NCBI RefSeq assembly: GCF_001194135.2
Contig: NC_068981.1
Span: 30,669,702-30,733,539, forward strand
Length of the DNA: 63,838 nt
DNA from: Octopus bimaculoides
Taxonomy: Eukaryota
Direction: 5' to 3'
Shown one piece after another: positions 14,016-27,775 of this stretch; position 1 is the stretch's first letter, and each line of letters begins with the position of its first letter. Below the pieces are notes generated by a model, which was given only the letters and a program-made list of their open reading frames with translations, ran no database searches and was not told the origin of the DNA. The position numbers were made by a program, and so were the translations under genes.

Positions 14016-14018
<3 letters not shown>
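13815..14018 (-). mobile_element. tRNA-derived SINE family A, variant 3' tail
   Basis: Family-A body (GATCGACCCCGAAAGGATGAAAGGCAAAGTCGACCTCGGCGGAATTTGAACTCAGAACG) but the tail is ..TTGTCTGTCCTTGTTTGTCCCCTCTGTGTGTAGCCCCTTGTGGGTAGTAAAGAAATAA. Confidence 0.88.
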
Positions 14019-14058
<40 letters not shown>

Positions 14059-14519
14059 CATACACTAATTAGTTTCTTGCTCGAGGTGATATTTCAAGTG
14101 AGAACAAAAAAACATTTTTGCTGTCCAGAAGAGATTATATCTAGTAAGAAATCTGAGTAACAACAGGTGGAAACATTACGTTACTCTACAATATATTTTG
14201 TTGTACTCTGATAATATACGAGTAAACAAAACCATTAGACATTCTCACTTACTAACACTTGTCTTACAAGCACACGTGTACAAACACCCACTTCTTTCCG
14301 TCGAGGACCAATATTAGAATATTTTCTTTAGCAAATACATGGTAATTGCTTATAAGCTTTAAGCTTATAATATTATTATTATCATTTACAGAATTGTCAC
14401 ACGTCAATTCTTCTCCATTTAACGCAGAAAACGTAAACATTTGTTTATTTAAAATCAACACTATTAAATTATAGCTCTTAAAATTAAATAGGAGTAAGTG
14501 GGTAGGTTGGTGTAATCGG

Positions 14520-14961
14520 TTAACTCACTTATCGCGAATGTAAGACGCAGAATTGGTATATTGTACAGTTATCGTGTTCTACCATGACAACGGTAGACCA
14601 CACTCGTTTTTACTAACTCGAGAAAAGTTATTGGAGCTTGGTTGGGAAATGATGTTACATCCATCATACAGCCCTGACCTTGTTCCATCAGATTACCATT
14701 TATTTCGAAGTTTGCAAAACCCTTTGATTGGTAAGACATTCAATAAGTATGATAACCTGAAATCGCACTCGCTTCAGTTTTTGGCTGATAAGGACCGGAA
14801 GTTCTATGAGTGCGGAATCATGAAGTTGCCAGCAAAAGGTCATCGAAAAAAATGGAAAATATATACTTGATTAAAGTTCATTGTTTGTATGAAAAAAAAA
14901 AAAAAAACAGTGACTTTTATTTCACACTAAAAAAACCAAAATCACTTTCTTGCCAACCCAA
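14520..14961 (+). mobile_element. Mariner (DD34D-type) transposase C-terminal remnant with right TIR
   Basis: HDNGRPH..LGWEMMLHPSYSPDLVPSDYHLFRSLQN..FYECGIMKLP; ends ATCACTTTCTTGCCAACCCAA|TA. Left end uncertain. Confidence 0.88.
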
Positions 14962-15010
14962 TATATATATCTAAACACTGCTTGGCGGTGATATTGCTGT
15001 GTTAGACATA

Positions 15011-15058
<48 letters not shown>

Positions 15059-15157
15059 TAAGCACTGCTTGGCGCTGATAATACTGTAATATATATAGAA
15101 AAGTGAGGATGAACAGACAAATCCTGTGGTATCGATTTAGAGCTTGGAATTTATAAT

Positions 15158-15228
15158 TTAAACATAATAGTACAATCGTTTTTATTAAACATAATAGTAC
15201 AATCGTTTTTATTAAACATAATAGTACA
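15158..15228. repeat. 27-bp tandem repeat (TTAAACATAATAGTACAATCGTTTTTA), about 2.6 copies
   Basis: Read directly. Confidence 0.9.
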
Positions 15229-15382
15229 AAATAGTTGTTGGAATATCCCTTATTTATATGATGCCTTTTATTCCAATAACTCCATTGTAACAACCTTACT
15301 ATTTTGTTTGAATTATTGAATTATAAATTCCATGGTCTATAGTGAAATAACGTTTGCCTCTTCATTCATTCTTTATAATATA

Positions 15383-15501
15383 CAGGGTGTCTGGGTACAT
15401 GGAGTTTAATAAAATCATAACATAAATAATTAAATATAAGAAATAATAATTTCTTAATGTATGTGTTAATCCTCATGTACCTAGACTTTGTGGACACCCT
15501 G
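15383..15501. mobile_element. Tc1/mariner-type MITE (~120 bp)
   Basis: TA|CAGGGTGTC..CTGGGTACATGGAG at left and CTCATGTACCTAGACTTTGTGGACACCCTG|TA at right; TA flanks on both sides. Confidence 0.75.
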
Positions 15502-15666
15502 TATATCTACATTCTCTAGAAGGAAACACGTATAGCCATTCATTGCTAAGCAGGCACAACACCAGACTTGTTTTAGTCGCACTTAAAGTAAAAGTTTAAG
15601 TGCTAAACTAACGTGAGGACTTATTGTATGCCTATTACATTACGTCATTAGGCGCGATCAATCAAA

Positions 15667-15699
<33 letters not shown>

Positions 15700-15868
15700 A
15701 ATATCTACACACACACGCACGCACACTCACAGACGCACGCACACTCACAGACGCACGCACACTCACAGACGCACGCACACACGCGCATAAATCTTTATAT
15801 AATATATATGCTTATATACAATATCGATGCATATATTCAAGCCAAGCACCAGCATTCACGTTTACACT

Positions 15869-15945
<77 letters not shown>

Positions 15946-16850
15946 GTATGTGTGTGTGTGTGTGTGTGTGTGTTTGTGCTTGTACATAAATGTCTCAATG
16001 GTAGTCATATCCACCTGCCGCCTACAATACATAAGATTTCATATTCATATAAATTGGCGTATATTTGTCATTCAAAATAGATATTATGAACCAAATGTAC
16101 AAATTTAAATCTGAGAATGCCCTAGTCTATGTATTTTATCCCATTTCTGTCTATAAAATATATAATATTTATTATGTTTTATGTTCATGTCTAAATGTAA
16201 GAAACGAATACAGTCATACAATTTTAATCAATTTGGTACGCATATAACATCTGTACATATGTGTATGCTGATATCAAAATACGACATTGACACGAACATG
16301 AATGTTTTTCCTAAAGTCTGGCTTCTTTGTGTGTGTGTGTGTGTGTATTTGTATCTTATAACTATATGTTTATATCTATATCTATAACGATATCTATATG
16401 GAAGTCTATCTGTCTGTCTTTCTCTCCATTTATCTATTTATATACTAATGCTTGCTTTTAAGTCAAGTTATATATAAAGCCAATTTAAGTTTGAAGTCGA
16501 AGATTACTGAATAATTTTGGAGTAATCAAACATTTACGTGGAAAAGATTGATAGTGACTTCAAAATTTCGACTTGCTATCAGTGTGCAAACCGTCGTGAC
16601 AACAGGAAGACACACACATTCAGACATAAAAAAAAGTCTGACAAAGGCAAACTTATGTGTGAATGTATGATATTGTACTAGTGAGTTCTTACGCACAATA
16701 CCATAAAGCGTGAAATTTGTAATGCTGGCATATGTGGCAGCACCAACTTCCTCTTATACAGAAACGTGTTATTTCACCGCAACTTGGATCAAGGAAGTGT
16801 AAAGTTTATTCCTAGAGTGGTATTTATGCGCCAATATTGTTTAACAATTA

Positions 16851-17043
16851 AGGCGGCGAGCTGGTAGAAACGTCAGCATGCCGAGCGAAATGCTTAGCGG
16901 TATTTCATGTCTTTACTTTCTGAGTTCAAATTCCGCCGAAGTTGACTTTGCCTTTCAACCTTTAGGTGTACTGGGGTCGATCTAATCGACTGGCCCCCTC
17001 CCCCAAAATTTCGAGTCTTGTGCCTAGAGTAGAAAAGAATATT
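16851..17043 (+). mobile_element. tRNA-derived SINE family A
   Basis: AGGCGGCGAGCTGGTAGAAACGTCAGCA (A-box region)..GAGTTCAAATTCC (B-box)..TTTGCCTTTCA..GGGGTCGATCTAATCGACTGGCCCCC..TAGAAAAGAAT tail. Confidence 0.9.
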
Positions 17044-17088
17044 GTTTTTACCATTTTTTTTTATTGCTATGATAAATATTGGTTACAA

Positions 17089-17260
17089 GGGAGTAAGTCG
17101 ATTGCATTGCCCCCAGTTCTCAACTGGTACTTAATTTATCGACCTCGAAAAGATGAAAGGCAAGGTCTACCTAGGCAGACTTTGAACTCAGAACGTAAAG
17201 ATGGGCGAAATGCCGCTAAGCGTATTGCCCGGCGTGCTATCGATTCTGTCACCTCGGCGT
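17089..17260 (-). mobile_element. tRNA-derived SINE family A
   Basis: Reverse-complement copy directly downstream of the 16851 copy. Confidence 0.85.
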
Positions 17261-17279
17261 ATTACAGCTATAATAAATA

Positions 17280-17494
17280 TTGATTTCAAATTATGGCACA
17301 CGGCCAGCAATTGCGGGGAAGGGGGTAAGTCGATTACAACAACCTCAGTTCACAACTGGTACTTACTTTGTCAATCCTGAAAGGGTGAAAGACAAAGTCG
17401 AATTCGACGGAATTTGAACTCAAAATATTAAGACGGACGAAATGCATCTCGGCGTATTGCTCGGCGTGTAAGGATTTCGCCAGCTCGCTCCCTT
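17280..17494 (-). mobile_element. tRNA-derived SINE family A
   Basis: Reverse-complement copy ending CAGCTCGCTCCCTT. Confidence 0.85.
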
Positions 17495-17950
17495 ATATCC
17501 ATAATACATATCAAATAAATGAGCTCACTGATTCGAGTGTAATATACTCATCACATTACATATAGATATAAATATCCATGTAATTATATTCATATGCGTA
17601 TTCTTCGGAAATGCATATGTGGTATTTGGAGCAATGCAGAAACGATTATAAATACTTATATAAATGTAAGTAATATGTAATAAAATAAGTTATGAAATAT
17701 AAGAATATGAATGTATATATTCAAGTACGAATTCTGGTATATATATAAAAACAAACCAACACACGAGCCTCATGAAAGGAGCAGTCGAATCACCCTCAAA
17801 TCACACAGTATTCTTATAGGAAAAGACGAACGTATTAAATTTCATGGATAAAGGATACCTCGAAAGGAAAAGACGGTGATGTATGCGGCTGGAATCTGTT
17901 AGATCATATCTGCTAGATGTAGGTTGATCCCAGGGCTAAAGTACAAATAC

Positions 17951-18041
<91 letters not shown>

Positions 18042-18824
18042 CACATATTCACAGTCATAATTTCACTTCACTGCACTTGGTGTAATAAATTGCCTTAGGT
18101 CAAGGCTAAAAATATTTTCGTAATTAATAACTATGATCAAACTATTGTGTATTGCATAATAATGTTCCTTTACTAATTATAAAATCCACACTACGGGGTG
18201 ACTCATTTCGGATATTGTCACCATACTACTAAAAATCATATTCGTTCTATAATTTAATACGTTTCAAATAATAAAATTTTCTTGGATGTTTCTCTTGTAT
18301 TTTTTTCTTAAACGAAACATAGCATTTCCGATTATCGTTATTCTCAATAGTAAAGGTGCAATATAATTGGGATTTCTATGAAATGTCAAGAATTCATGCA
18401 GCATGTGTACCTCGATAAATTAATCCACCCGTTTTGTTAAGATATTACATCAGTTGCTTTAACTTATTTCATTTATATATAAAAATTAGTTAAATAATGT
18501 GTATTGTCGCCAGTGACGGAGGATGTTTGAGCGTACATATGATCGAATATTCCCTAAGTCATCGCTAAGAGTTAGGGCCTCAGGAGCCATCATCAATCTA
18601 TATTCATAGCGTCTTCATATTCTCTTCTTTTCCGACTCTATTTATTGTCGAGGCTGACCGCCTTAGCCTGCACTTCGTCAGAGACACCAAAGCTAACGTG
18701 TTAACGCTCCTTTCCTAGTTACACCAATGGTGTAGCTATGAACAAAGTAGCATTCTCTCGTAGAAATATGCTTTACCGAAGCAAAAGGGTCGGGACTCAC
18801 TCTTACTGGTCTCACAATATCACA

Positions 18825-20790
18825 CACTCATTCATTTGGTTCTGATTGTGCCTTGTGGCAGTTGAGGCGACAACAAGATCATTCCACCTAACACTGAAAG
18901 CGTTCTTGAGAGCTTGTTCTATTGTTAACCCTCTGCTTTAAAGATTTTTTGTTATTGTTCGCCGCCACGTTTCCTTTGGTCGGCTACGTTTTCTTTTACC
19001 TTGTGGAACCCATTGCAAAGCAATCCTAACAATTGAGTTCGGTTTATAGCGACAAACTCGACCCAGCTATTTCCATCCTGCTTCGATAGGTTCTCTTATT
19101 CGTTTCACGTTAGCCTTGGTGTGTAGTTGGCTAGTCGAGGTCATATTCGGCATGTAGACCTTCAAAATTTTTCGTAAGCATTTATTTAGAAATACCTTAA
19201 ATTTCTTTTCAATACTTTTGATTGTTTTCCAGCATTCGGATCCATAGAGGAGGGTACAATGTTGCTCTTGTAAAATTGTATTTTGGTGCTCTTGCTGAGT
19301 ATTGACGATTTCCATATTGAGTTTAACATATCGAATAATTGGTTGGCTTTACTGATTCTTGTATTTATTTCATGAATTCAGTCTCCATCTATTGTTACTT
19401 TGGTGGCTAGGTAGTTAAATTCGTGAACATTTGCGATTGGTTTGTCGATCAATGTCACATGGTCAGCTACTATCATATTTTTACAAAGACTGTACGTTTT
19501 CGTTCCGTTGATTTTGAGACCTATGGTGTTGGCTATTTGCCTAAGTCTTTCAGATTTATCTTGTAATCCTTGAGGCGTATATGACAACAAATAAATGTCG
19601 TCTGCATTATCTAAATCTTCTATCTGAGTTGTGTTCCATTCTATACCACGTTTATATTCTTCTGTCGTTCTTTGCATCAACCAATTCACTGCAAATGAAA
19701 ATGAGAATAGTGATAACATTCATCCTTGTTTGACTCCAATTTTTATTTCGAACTGATCTTTCAGTTTCTTGTATATAACTTGACATTCGAGGTTTTCATA
19801 CAATAAACGAATCATCTTGACTAATTTGTGTGGGAAACCATAGTGTTTGAGAATCTTCCAAAGTGTATCTCGGTGAAGGTTAACGAAAGCTTTTTCAGAG
19901 TCAACAAACTGTATACACAAAGATGAATTCTATTCATGAGATTGTTCGAGTATTTGGCGAATTACAAAATCATTATCGATACATGATCCTGAATCCAGCT
20001 TGCTCTTGGCAAAGTAATTGGTCAACTGCTGCTGTGATGCGCTGTAATATGATATGGGTGAATATTTTACTGGTGATTGATAATAGAGTGATTCCTCTCC
20101 AATTGTTACAGTCTGATACATCAACTTTCTGTGGTAATTTCACAATGAGTACTTTTTCCAACTGTTCGGGATTTCTTCATTGATCCAGATATTTTATAAA
20201 TTTTTTTGGAAAATAATTGGTAATGTTTTGATCTCTGCTTTAAGCATTTCAGTACAAGCCCTACCTATTCCTGATGATTCACCATTTTTTAATTTACGGA
20301 TAATTTTTACGACTTCGTTTATTGTGAACTCGCCAATGTTCGATTTCCAAGTCCTTATCCGCTTCTTTTATTTAGGTAGAGATTATGGGCTCTGGGCGAT
20401 TAACGATAGTTTGGAAGTAGTTCTGCCATCGTTCTAGTTTGGCTTTTTCATCAGTTATTTTGATTCCATTTGCACCTTATACAGGAAGATCGTAGTATCT
20501 TCCTTGGTCTCCACTACGCAATATTTTCATTATTTTGTACGGTGATATCAAATCTATACGTTTAACAGCTAATTCAGCTTCTTCAGCCAATTGGTTTGTG
20601 TATATACGTTTGTCATCCCGTACAAATTTCTTTAATGCCTTATCCTCATTCATATATTGCATCATATACTTTTCTATCCCAGACACGCACCCGGGATATC
20701 TCAAGCACCGTATTATGGCACATAATGAACGAACCTACGTTGAGTTCATCCATCTTTTTGATAGGCTTTGGTGTTGTTCTGGCGAATGTC
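18825..20790 (-). mobile_element. RTE-clade LINE, ORF2 linker, RT and C-terminus; multiple stops and frameshifts; 5'-truncated
   Basis: KKFVRDDKRIYTNQLAEEAE; DCNNWRGITLLSITSKIFTHIILQRI..QEQAGFR; FVDSEKAF..LHRDTLWKILKHYG.P.KLV; GVKQG; DLDNADDIYLL (decayed YADD); LKINGTKT; LLYGSECW; LQWVPQGKRKRSRPKETWRRT. Confidence 0.92.
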
Positions 20791-21440
20791 TAAAAATGCT
20801 TTTCTCCAGAGAAATCGGCTTAGTCGTCGACAACGCAAGCCCATAAGTTGTTCATGAATGCATATTATCAGTAGAATAGCAATCGTGAGCGAAGTAATAT
20901 AACTAATGCCGAACTGCACGGTGTATATATATATNNNNNNNNNNNNNNNNNNNNNNNNNNNNNNNNNNNNNNNNNNNNNNNNNNNNNNNNNNNNNNNNNN
21001 NNNNNNNNNNNNNNNNNNNNNNNNNNNNNNNNNNNNNNNNNNNNNNNNNNNNNNNNNNNNNNNNNNNNNNNNNNNNNNNNNNNNNNNNNNNNNNNNNNNN
21101 NNNNNNNNNNNNNNNNNNNNNNNNNNNNNNNNNNNNNNNNNNNNNNNNNNNNNNNNNNNNNNNNNNNNNNNNNNNNNNNNNNNNNNNNNNNNNNNNNNNN
21201 NNNNNNNNNNNNNNNNNNNNNNNNNNNNNNNNNNNNNNNNNNNNNNNNNNNNNNNNNNNNNNNNNNNNNNNNNNNNNNNNNNNNNNNNNNNNNNNNNNNN
21301 NNNNNNNNNNNNNNNNNNNNNNNNNNNNNNNNNNNNNNNNNNNNNNNNNNNNNNNNNNNNNNNNNNNNNNNNNNNNNNNNNNNNNNNNNNNNNNNNNNNN
21401 NNNNNNNNNNNNNNNNNNNNNNNNNNNNNNNNNNNNNNNN

Positions 21441-21503
<63 letters not shown>

Positions 21504-22298
21504 CATACATAATATATATACTGGCCAATATAATTTTAAGACCAATGATGACATGACAATTCTATTCCTTCATTACTTTATCTTAAACAAAGCTGTGTAA
21601 AATTATTTAACTTTTTACAATTTATGTAAAATTCTCATTGCTTTTTATTATTTATTAAGTTTTACGTCACAGCAACTTCGAAAATAAGGTGGCAATGGCT
21701 TATGGTAAAGCTTTGTTGTTCTTTCGGCTTCAATGAAGCGTGGAAGTTAATGGGCCAAAAATATGTGTCAAATTCCTGTTCACAACATTCATTGTACAGA
21801 AACGTTGTTTCTCTTTTTGTTGCATTGTACGTTTTACAATAGAATGTGCGGAGAATAATCATTTGCTAACACATATAAATCATTTGGTTACATAGCATAA
21901 TTGAAATAGATCATTTGCTTACACAGTATAGCTGATACTAAAGATCAGTTGGTGTTAGTCTTATAAGATTTCTATTAAGAAATTTCAAACTAAGCATTTT
22001 AGTAAGGTTATGATGGAAAATACTATTTAAACAGNNNNNNNNNNCATACGTATAGCGTTTAAAATAATCTGGTGTCAGAGCTCGATATACATATGCCTCA
22101 GAATAAACCGCTATCTCCATTCCAAACTAAACTTGCACTTCAGTTTAGAAACTACGAGGAAGCTATAAGGTGACGCACAAGTACTCAGCTCTGAATGTTA
22201 TCATATCTTATAGCAGAAACCACTGTAAGCTAATAAAGTCCATTGCTTAATTTTCTGTTGTCATTATTTAGCATACATACATACACACATACATACAT

Positions 22299-22337
<39 letters not shown>

Positions 22338-24888
22338 CATACAAACATGTATATATATGTGTGCATGTATATATATATGTGTGCGTGTGTGTATGTATAT
22401 ATATAAATATATATCTATCTATCTATCTATCTATCTATCTCTATANNNNNNNNNNNNNNNNNNNNNNNNNNNNNNNNNNNNNNNNNNNNNNNNNNNNNNN
22501 NNNNNNNNNNNNNNNNNNNNNNNNNNNNNNNNNNNNNNNNNNNNNNNNNNNNNNNNNNNNNNNNNNNNNNNNNNNNNNNNNNNNNNNNNNNNNNNNNNNN
22601 NNNNNNNNNNNNNNNNNNNNNNNNNNNNNNNNNNNNNNNNNNNNNNNNNNNNNNNNNNNNNNNNNNNNNNNNNNNNNNNNNNNNNNNNNNNNNNNNNNNN
22701 NNNNNNNNNNNNNNNNNNNNNNNNNNNNNNNNNNNNNNNNNNNNNNNNNNNNNNNNNNNNNNNNNNNNNNNNNNNNNNNNNNNNNNNNNNNNNNNNNNNN
22801 NNNNNNNNNNNNNNNNNNNNNNNNNNNNNNNNNNNNNNNNNNNNNNNNNNNNNNNNNNNNNNNNNNNNNNNNNNNNNNNNNNNNNNNNNNNNNNNNNNNN
22901 NNNNNNNNNNNNNNNNNNNNNNNNNNNNNNNNNNNNNNNNNNNNNNNNNNNNNNNNNNNNNNNNNNNNNNNNNNNNNNNNNNNNNNNNNNNNNNNNNNNN
23001 NNNNNNNNNNNNNNNNNNNNNNNNNNNNNNNNNNNNNNNNNNNNNNNNNNNNNNNNNNNNNNNNNNNNNNNNNNNNNNNNNNNNNNNNNNNNNNNNNNNN
23101 NNNNNNNNNNNNNNNNNNNNNNNNNNNNNNNNNNNNNNNNNNNNNNNNNNNNNNNNNNNNNNNNNNNNNNNNNNNNNNNNNNNNNNNNNNNNNNNNNNNN
23201 NNNNNNNNNNNNNNNNNNNNNNNNNNNNNNNNNNNNNNNNNNNNNNNNNNNNNNNNNNNNNNNNNNNNNNNNNNNNNNNNNNNNNNNNNNNNNNNNNNNN
23301 NNNNNNNNAGAGAGAGAGAGAGAGAGAGTGTGTGTGTGTTTTTAGAGGGATATATCATCCAGGCAGATACCGTTGTGGATCTCACATTTAAATAAAAGGA
23401 AATAAATTTTGTGGATGAACAACTCTCCATATTCTATATCGTTATAATTATTACTTACACACACACACACACACACAAACATACATATGACGCATTATTA
23501 GACTATTTTCTTTAGTTACTGCTGTAAGCTTTAAACTTATAAAATATTATTAATATATATATATACGTATAAATTTACATATGTCCTTATGTCCTTGTAC
23601 ATGTATATTCACGTATGTATATACTTGCGTGAAGAGATATATTCAGTGAAGTCTACAGTCATTGTACCAAACTGAAGAAATGTGTTACTAACTGAAGCTA
23701 ATCTTGGAAGATAATTTTGTAATTTTTACTATGCCTCTAATCTAGATATGACAGAAAAGATATGTGTATTTCGCTTTTTTTTAAACTCTATACAAGATGT
23801 GATTAGGTTTGTTTTAATTTGTAGCGACTAATATCGTTACTTAATAAATGTTCAACAAATTTTTGTTCAGGAGTGATAATGGAAATTATAAATATTATTT
23901 TCACACTTCTTAGAATTTTCTAAAACTTTCTTAAATAATATTTGTTAGTTGAAAAATCATTAAAGAGCCTGAAATATTCTTACAACTTTTGAGGATATCT
24001 ATATCGAACATAATATTATAACTTAATCTTATGTTTCATATTTTATATATTGTACAGTATCGTATCCAGAAAAATGCACCAGATATTCTATAGAACAGAC
24101 AGATAGATAGACAGAATATACAGAGAGAGAAAGACAGGGAGAAAGAGAAAAAGAAAGAAAGATAGATAGAGAGAGAGAGTAGAAACAAAAAAAGATTAAC
24201 TGTAGGATATACAGAACAGATATATCTCACTTTGAATCCTTGCTATCTTTCAGATACATTGCGTTTTAGGGTAAAGTAACATTTTATATTCTCTCACAAG
24301 TCTTTGATCTCAGCAACGGTAGCATGTTCTTAAAGACTAATTCCTTAAAGGTTGGCGTACAGCAATGTCAATTTTTAAGACGTGTGCTGGGTGTCACAAC
24401 AATTTTTGGCAGCAAACCACGGCTCTTATCTTTCAGTATTTTAACCATAGGAGCTAGAGGAAATACTCTATTGATTTCTACTACTTTTGCTTAATGTAAT
24501 AATTTCCGTTATGTGTAAAAGACCAATGAAATATATCATACATCAAATCAATTACTTGAGGGTAAAAAATGAAAATAAAAATTAAAAGGGAAACGTGAAA
24601 AAGAGAAATATTACCGATTTAGAAGTCTCATCTTAATATTTCTGAAATTTATGCAGCCAGCTTTATTTTATTGAGATATATTGCCATATATATATGGCAA
24701 TCAGAGTCCTAACACGGTGTTTCGAATTTCATGTAGACTCCGTTTATCTTACTTATACTTTTTAAATACTTGAAAAATACATAGCTATCTCTATATCTCA
24801 TTTAAATGTCTTTGGAAAATTGTTTATTGGTATTTGTAATGTGTGGAATGAAAATAAAAATATATGCGTGGCCGTATATCACCGAAGT

Positions 24889-25276
24889 GGAGGCGCAATG
24901 GCCCAGTGGTTAGGGTAGCGGACTCGCGGTCATAGGATCGCGGTTTCGATTCCCAGACCGGGCGTTGTGAGTGTTTATTGAGCGAAAACACCTAAAGCTC
25001 CGCGAGGCTCCAGCAGGGGATGGTGGCGAACCCTGCTGTACTCTTTCACCACAACTTTCTCTCACTCTTACTTCCTGTTTCTGTTGTGCCTGTAATTCAA
25101 AGGGTCAGCCTTGTCACACTGTGTCACGCTGAATCTCCCAGAGAACAACGTTAAGGGTACACGTGTCTGTGGAGTGTTCAGCCACTTGCACGTTAATTTC
25201 ACGATCAGGCTGTTCCGTTGATCGGATCAACTGGAACCTTCGACGTCGTAAGCGACGGAGTGCCAACAGCAACAAC
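24889..25276 (+). mobile_element. tRNA-derived SINE family B, full length, with 13-bp TSD
   Basis: Head GGAGGCGCAATGGCCCAGTGGTTAGG (A box)..GGTTTCGATTCCC (B box); (CAA)n-like tail; ATATCACCGAAGT duplicated at 24876-24888 and 25277-25289. Confidence 0.93.
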
Positions 25277-26070
25277 ATATCACCGAAGTATTTTCTATTA
25301 CGAAATGATATAGTTTCCTTGTAATACAGTTTTATTAGTAGTTTTATTTATAAGTTATTTAGACCATTAAGAAGAAACGCTCCTGATTTTTTCGACCCAG
25401 TCCAAAACGACTAGGGACGTCGACAAATTTCGTGTTTAGCCCCAAGCTCTCTATGTCGCGCCCTTTTGGAAAATTGTGAAGGTAGAGGAAATTCCATATT
25501 GGATGAAATGGTTTAGGATATTGTTTGTTCTGCGTATGATATATAGTACAGATAACGAGGTGAGGGGAGATGGATATATAGGACAGGTTAATATAGAAGA
25601 GTTCTAGATTGGGCTGAAGAAATAGAGAGGAGTCTGTCTCGGATTACACTATCCTATATACCTGTTGAGCTTTTTTTTTTCATCTGAGAGATGGGCGACT
25701 GAGGTATATTTGTCAGCTGTTTCAAGCAGTTTGCGCGATCACGTAGATGTTCCCTCGTATCTCGGTGTGTGTATGCAGCAACTGAACCGAAGGAGAAAGA
25801 AATGTTCCTGGTATTTTCGCAAGCCGCTGTTGAGACTCTTTTCGTCTCCTGCTGATATATTGTGTTTTTAGACACCGAACATCCATAAATGATGTTGTCT
25901 CCAGACAAATATTAAAGTGAGCTTGCGCTTATGTATACATTAAGTATGGCACATAAATGGCTATTTTCGTAAAATACTGCTTCTGTTGCATACAACGGAT
26001 TTATATTCATATAACGGATTTTTATTGTTGGGTTTATTACTAGATTTGTTTTTATTATTTTTCATTATTT

Positions 26071-26118
<48 letters not shown>

Positions 26119-26863
26119 CGCTGCTGCTCTCTTATACGTGCTGGGTGAGACGTGGCCTTGTGCGCCTTCGTTTCTCCACCATCATAATACCCTCTCACAC
26201 ACTTTTACACCTCCTCCTCTTTATTTTTTACGATATCCTAAGTGTTCATATTTGCATACTGCTGTATATAAGGGTACGCATCACTCCTTGTGTTGTACTT
26301 TTGCCAATAACGCTGATGAAGTGGTCCGGCTGTTTTTGTTTCGTATCTAGGAATTCAAGCTCGCATAGTTAATGTTTACCGTTCTTCTGAAACACGTGTA
26401 CATTATATAACGTACCAATATCGATAATATTTTCACCCTTCATTTTTTTTTTCAAATACAACAAACAGACTCCGCACACTAACTTAACTAGGGTTATGAT
26501 TATTGTCAAAACATATCGGAGATAAAAACATTAGCAGGCATAGTTCCAATTTATCCGTCGACAAAAAGCCGCCCCAAATCATAATGTTGCATTAGAAAGG
26601 TCCAACTTCAAGAATAGCATACACTACATTGAACCAAATATAAATGACACTTGGCGCATTTTTTACATTTAGATTATATATATATATTTCTACTTTTCTG
26701 AACATGAAACCAACAGTGACCTTAATTCACAAATAAATAAATTATATATCCACCAATGCTGTATTGAGCACTCATTTAATCGTTCGACATTTACGTATCA
26801 AAGCTTCCGATGTCAACAAACACCAGTTAAGCATTGAAAACGAACAAAGAATCAGAACAAACT

Positions 26864-27690
26864 ATGGAAAAACACGAAATAATGACATCACTGAAAAATA
26901 TTATATATATCACTGAAACAATACATCAAGCATCTTATCGACAAAACAGAAAACGTTCTGAGGAGAATGAAATGGAAGGCCTATTCTTTCGATAAAGGTA
27001 CGTGCATCCCTCATGCAGAGGATAATTACAGTTTCAAATCTTATAAAAACACACTACATATTAAAGACCCAGAAAAAATTGAAGACGTTCTTATAAAGTT
27101 AATTAGAAATGTAAAATTCAGCCAAAACTTCAACAAGTTCCAACATACATTCATATTAGTGTACGGCAAGTGTACGTGGCTCACGAACACATCGTAAAGT
27201 ATGAGTAGAAAATGAATGACTCCAAAGTTCAAACTATTGTTCATCTTTATTGTCACAATAGTGATTGTGAACCCGCCCGTTTATATTTCTACACGAAGCG
27301 ACAACGGTAGAAAAAACTCTGTTGGCTCACCACCACAGAAGAAGCAAAATTGGCCATACCGATGCAAAGCCACGCTCACAGCAACACGAAACCAAAAAAA
27401 CATTCAGGGATGACAGCTGTCCACCGAGACACGGAAGGACACAAAAAGACACGACCGGCCAGTCAGAAGACGAAATAACATCCGTCCCAGATACAAACCG
27501 GAAGTAACCCACCCCCGACAAGCCGAAAAACCAAGATCAAGCAATAACATAACAAGAAACTTATCGGTGGAGATAACAACAAGATCTTCAACAGAAATAC
27601 TGTTAAAGTTAGCTATAGATGCCTACCTAAGATAGGGTCAATAATACTCAATCACAATAAACATAAATGCACCAGAAACATCCGAGAAAG

Positions 27691-27775
<85 letters not shown>

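Noticed and set aside
24889-24960. tRNA-like sequence (also at 50240 and at SINE-A and SINE-C heads)
   Set aside because: These are SINE heads continuing into SINE bodies; not called as tRNA genes.
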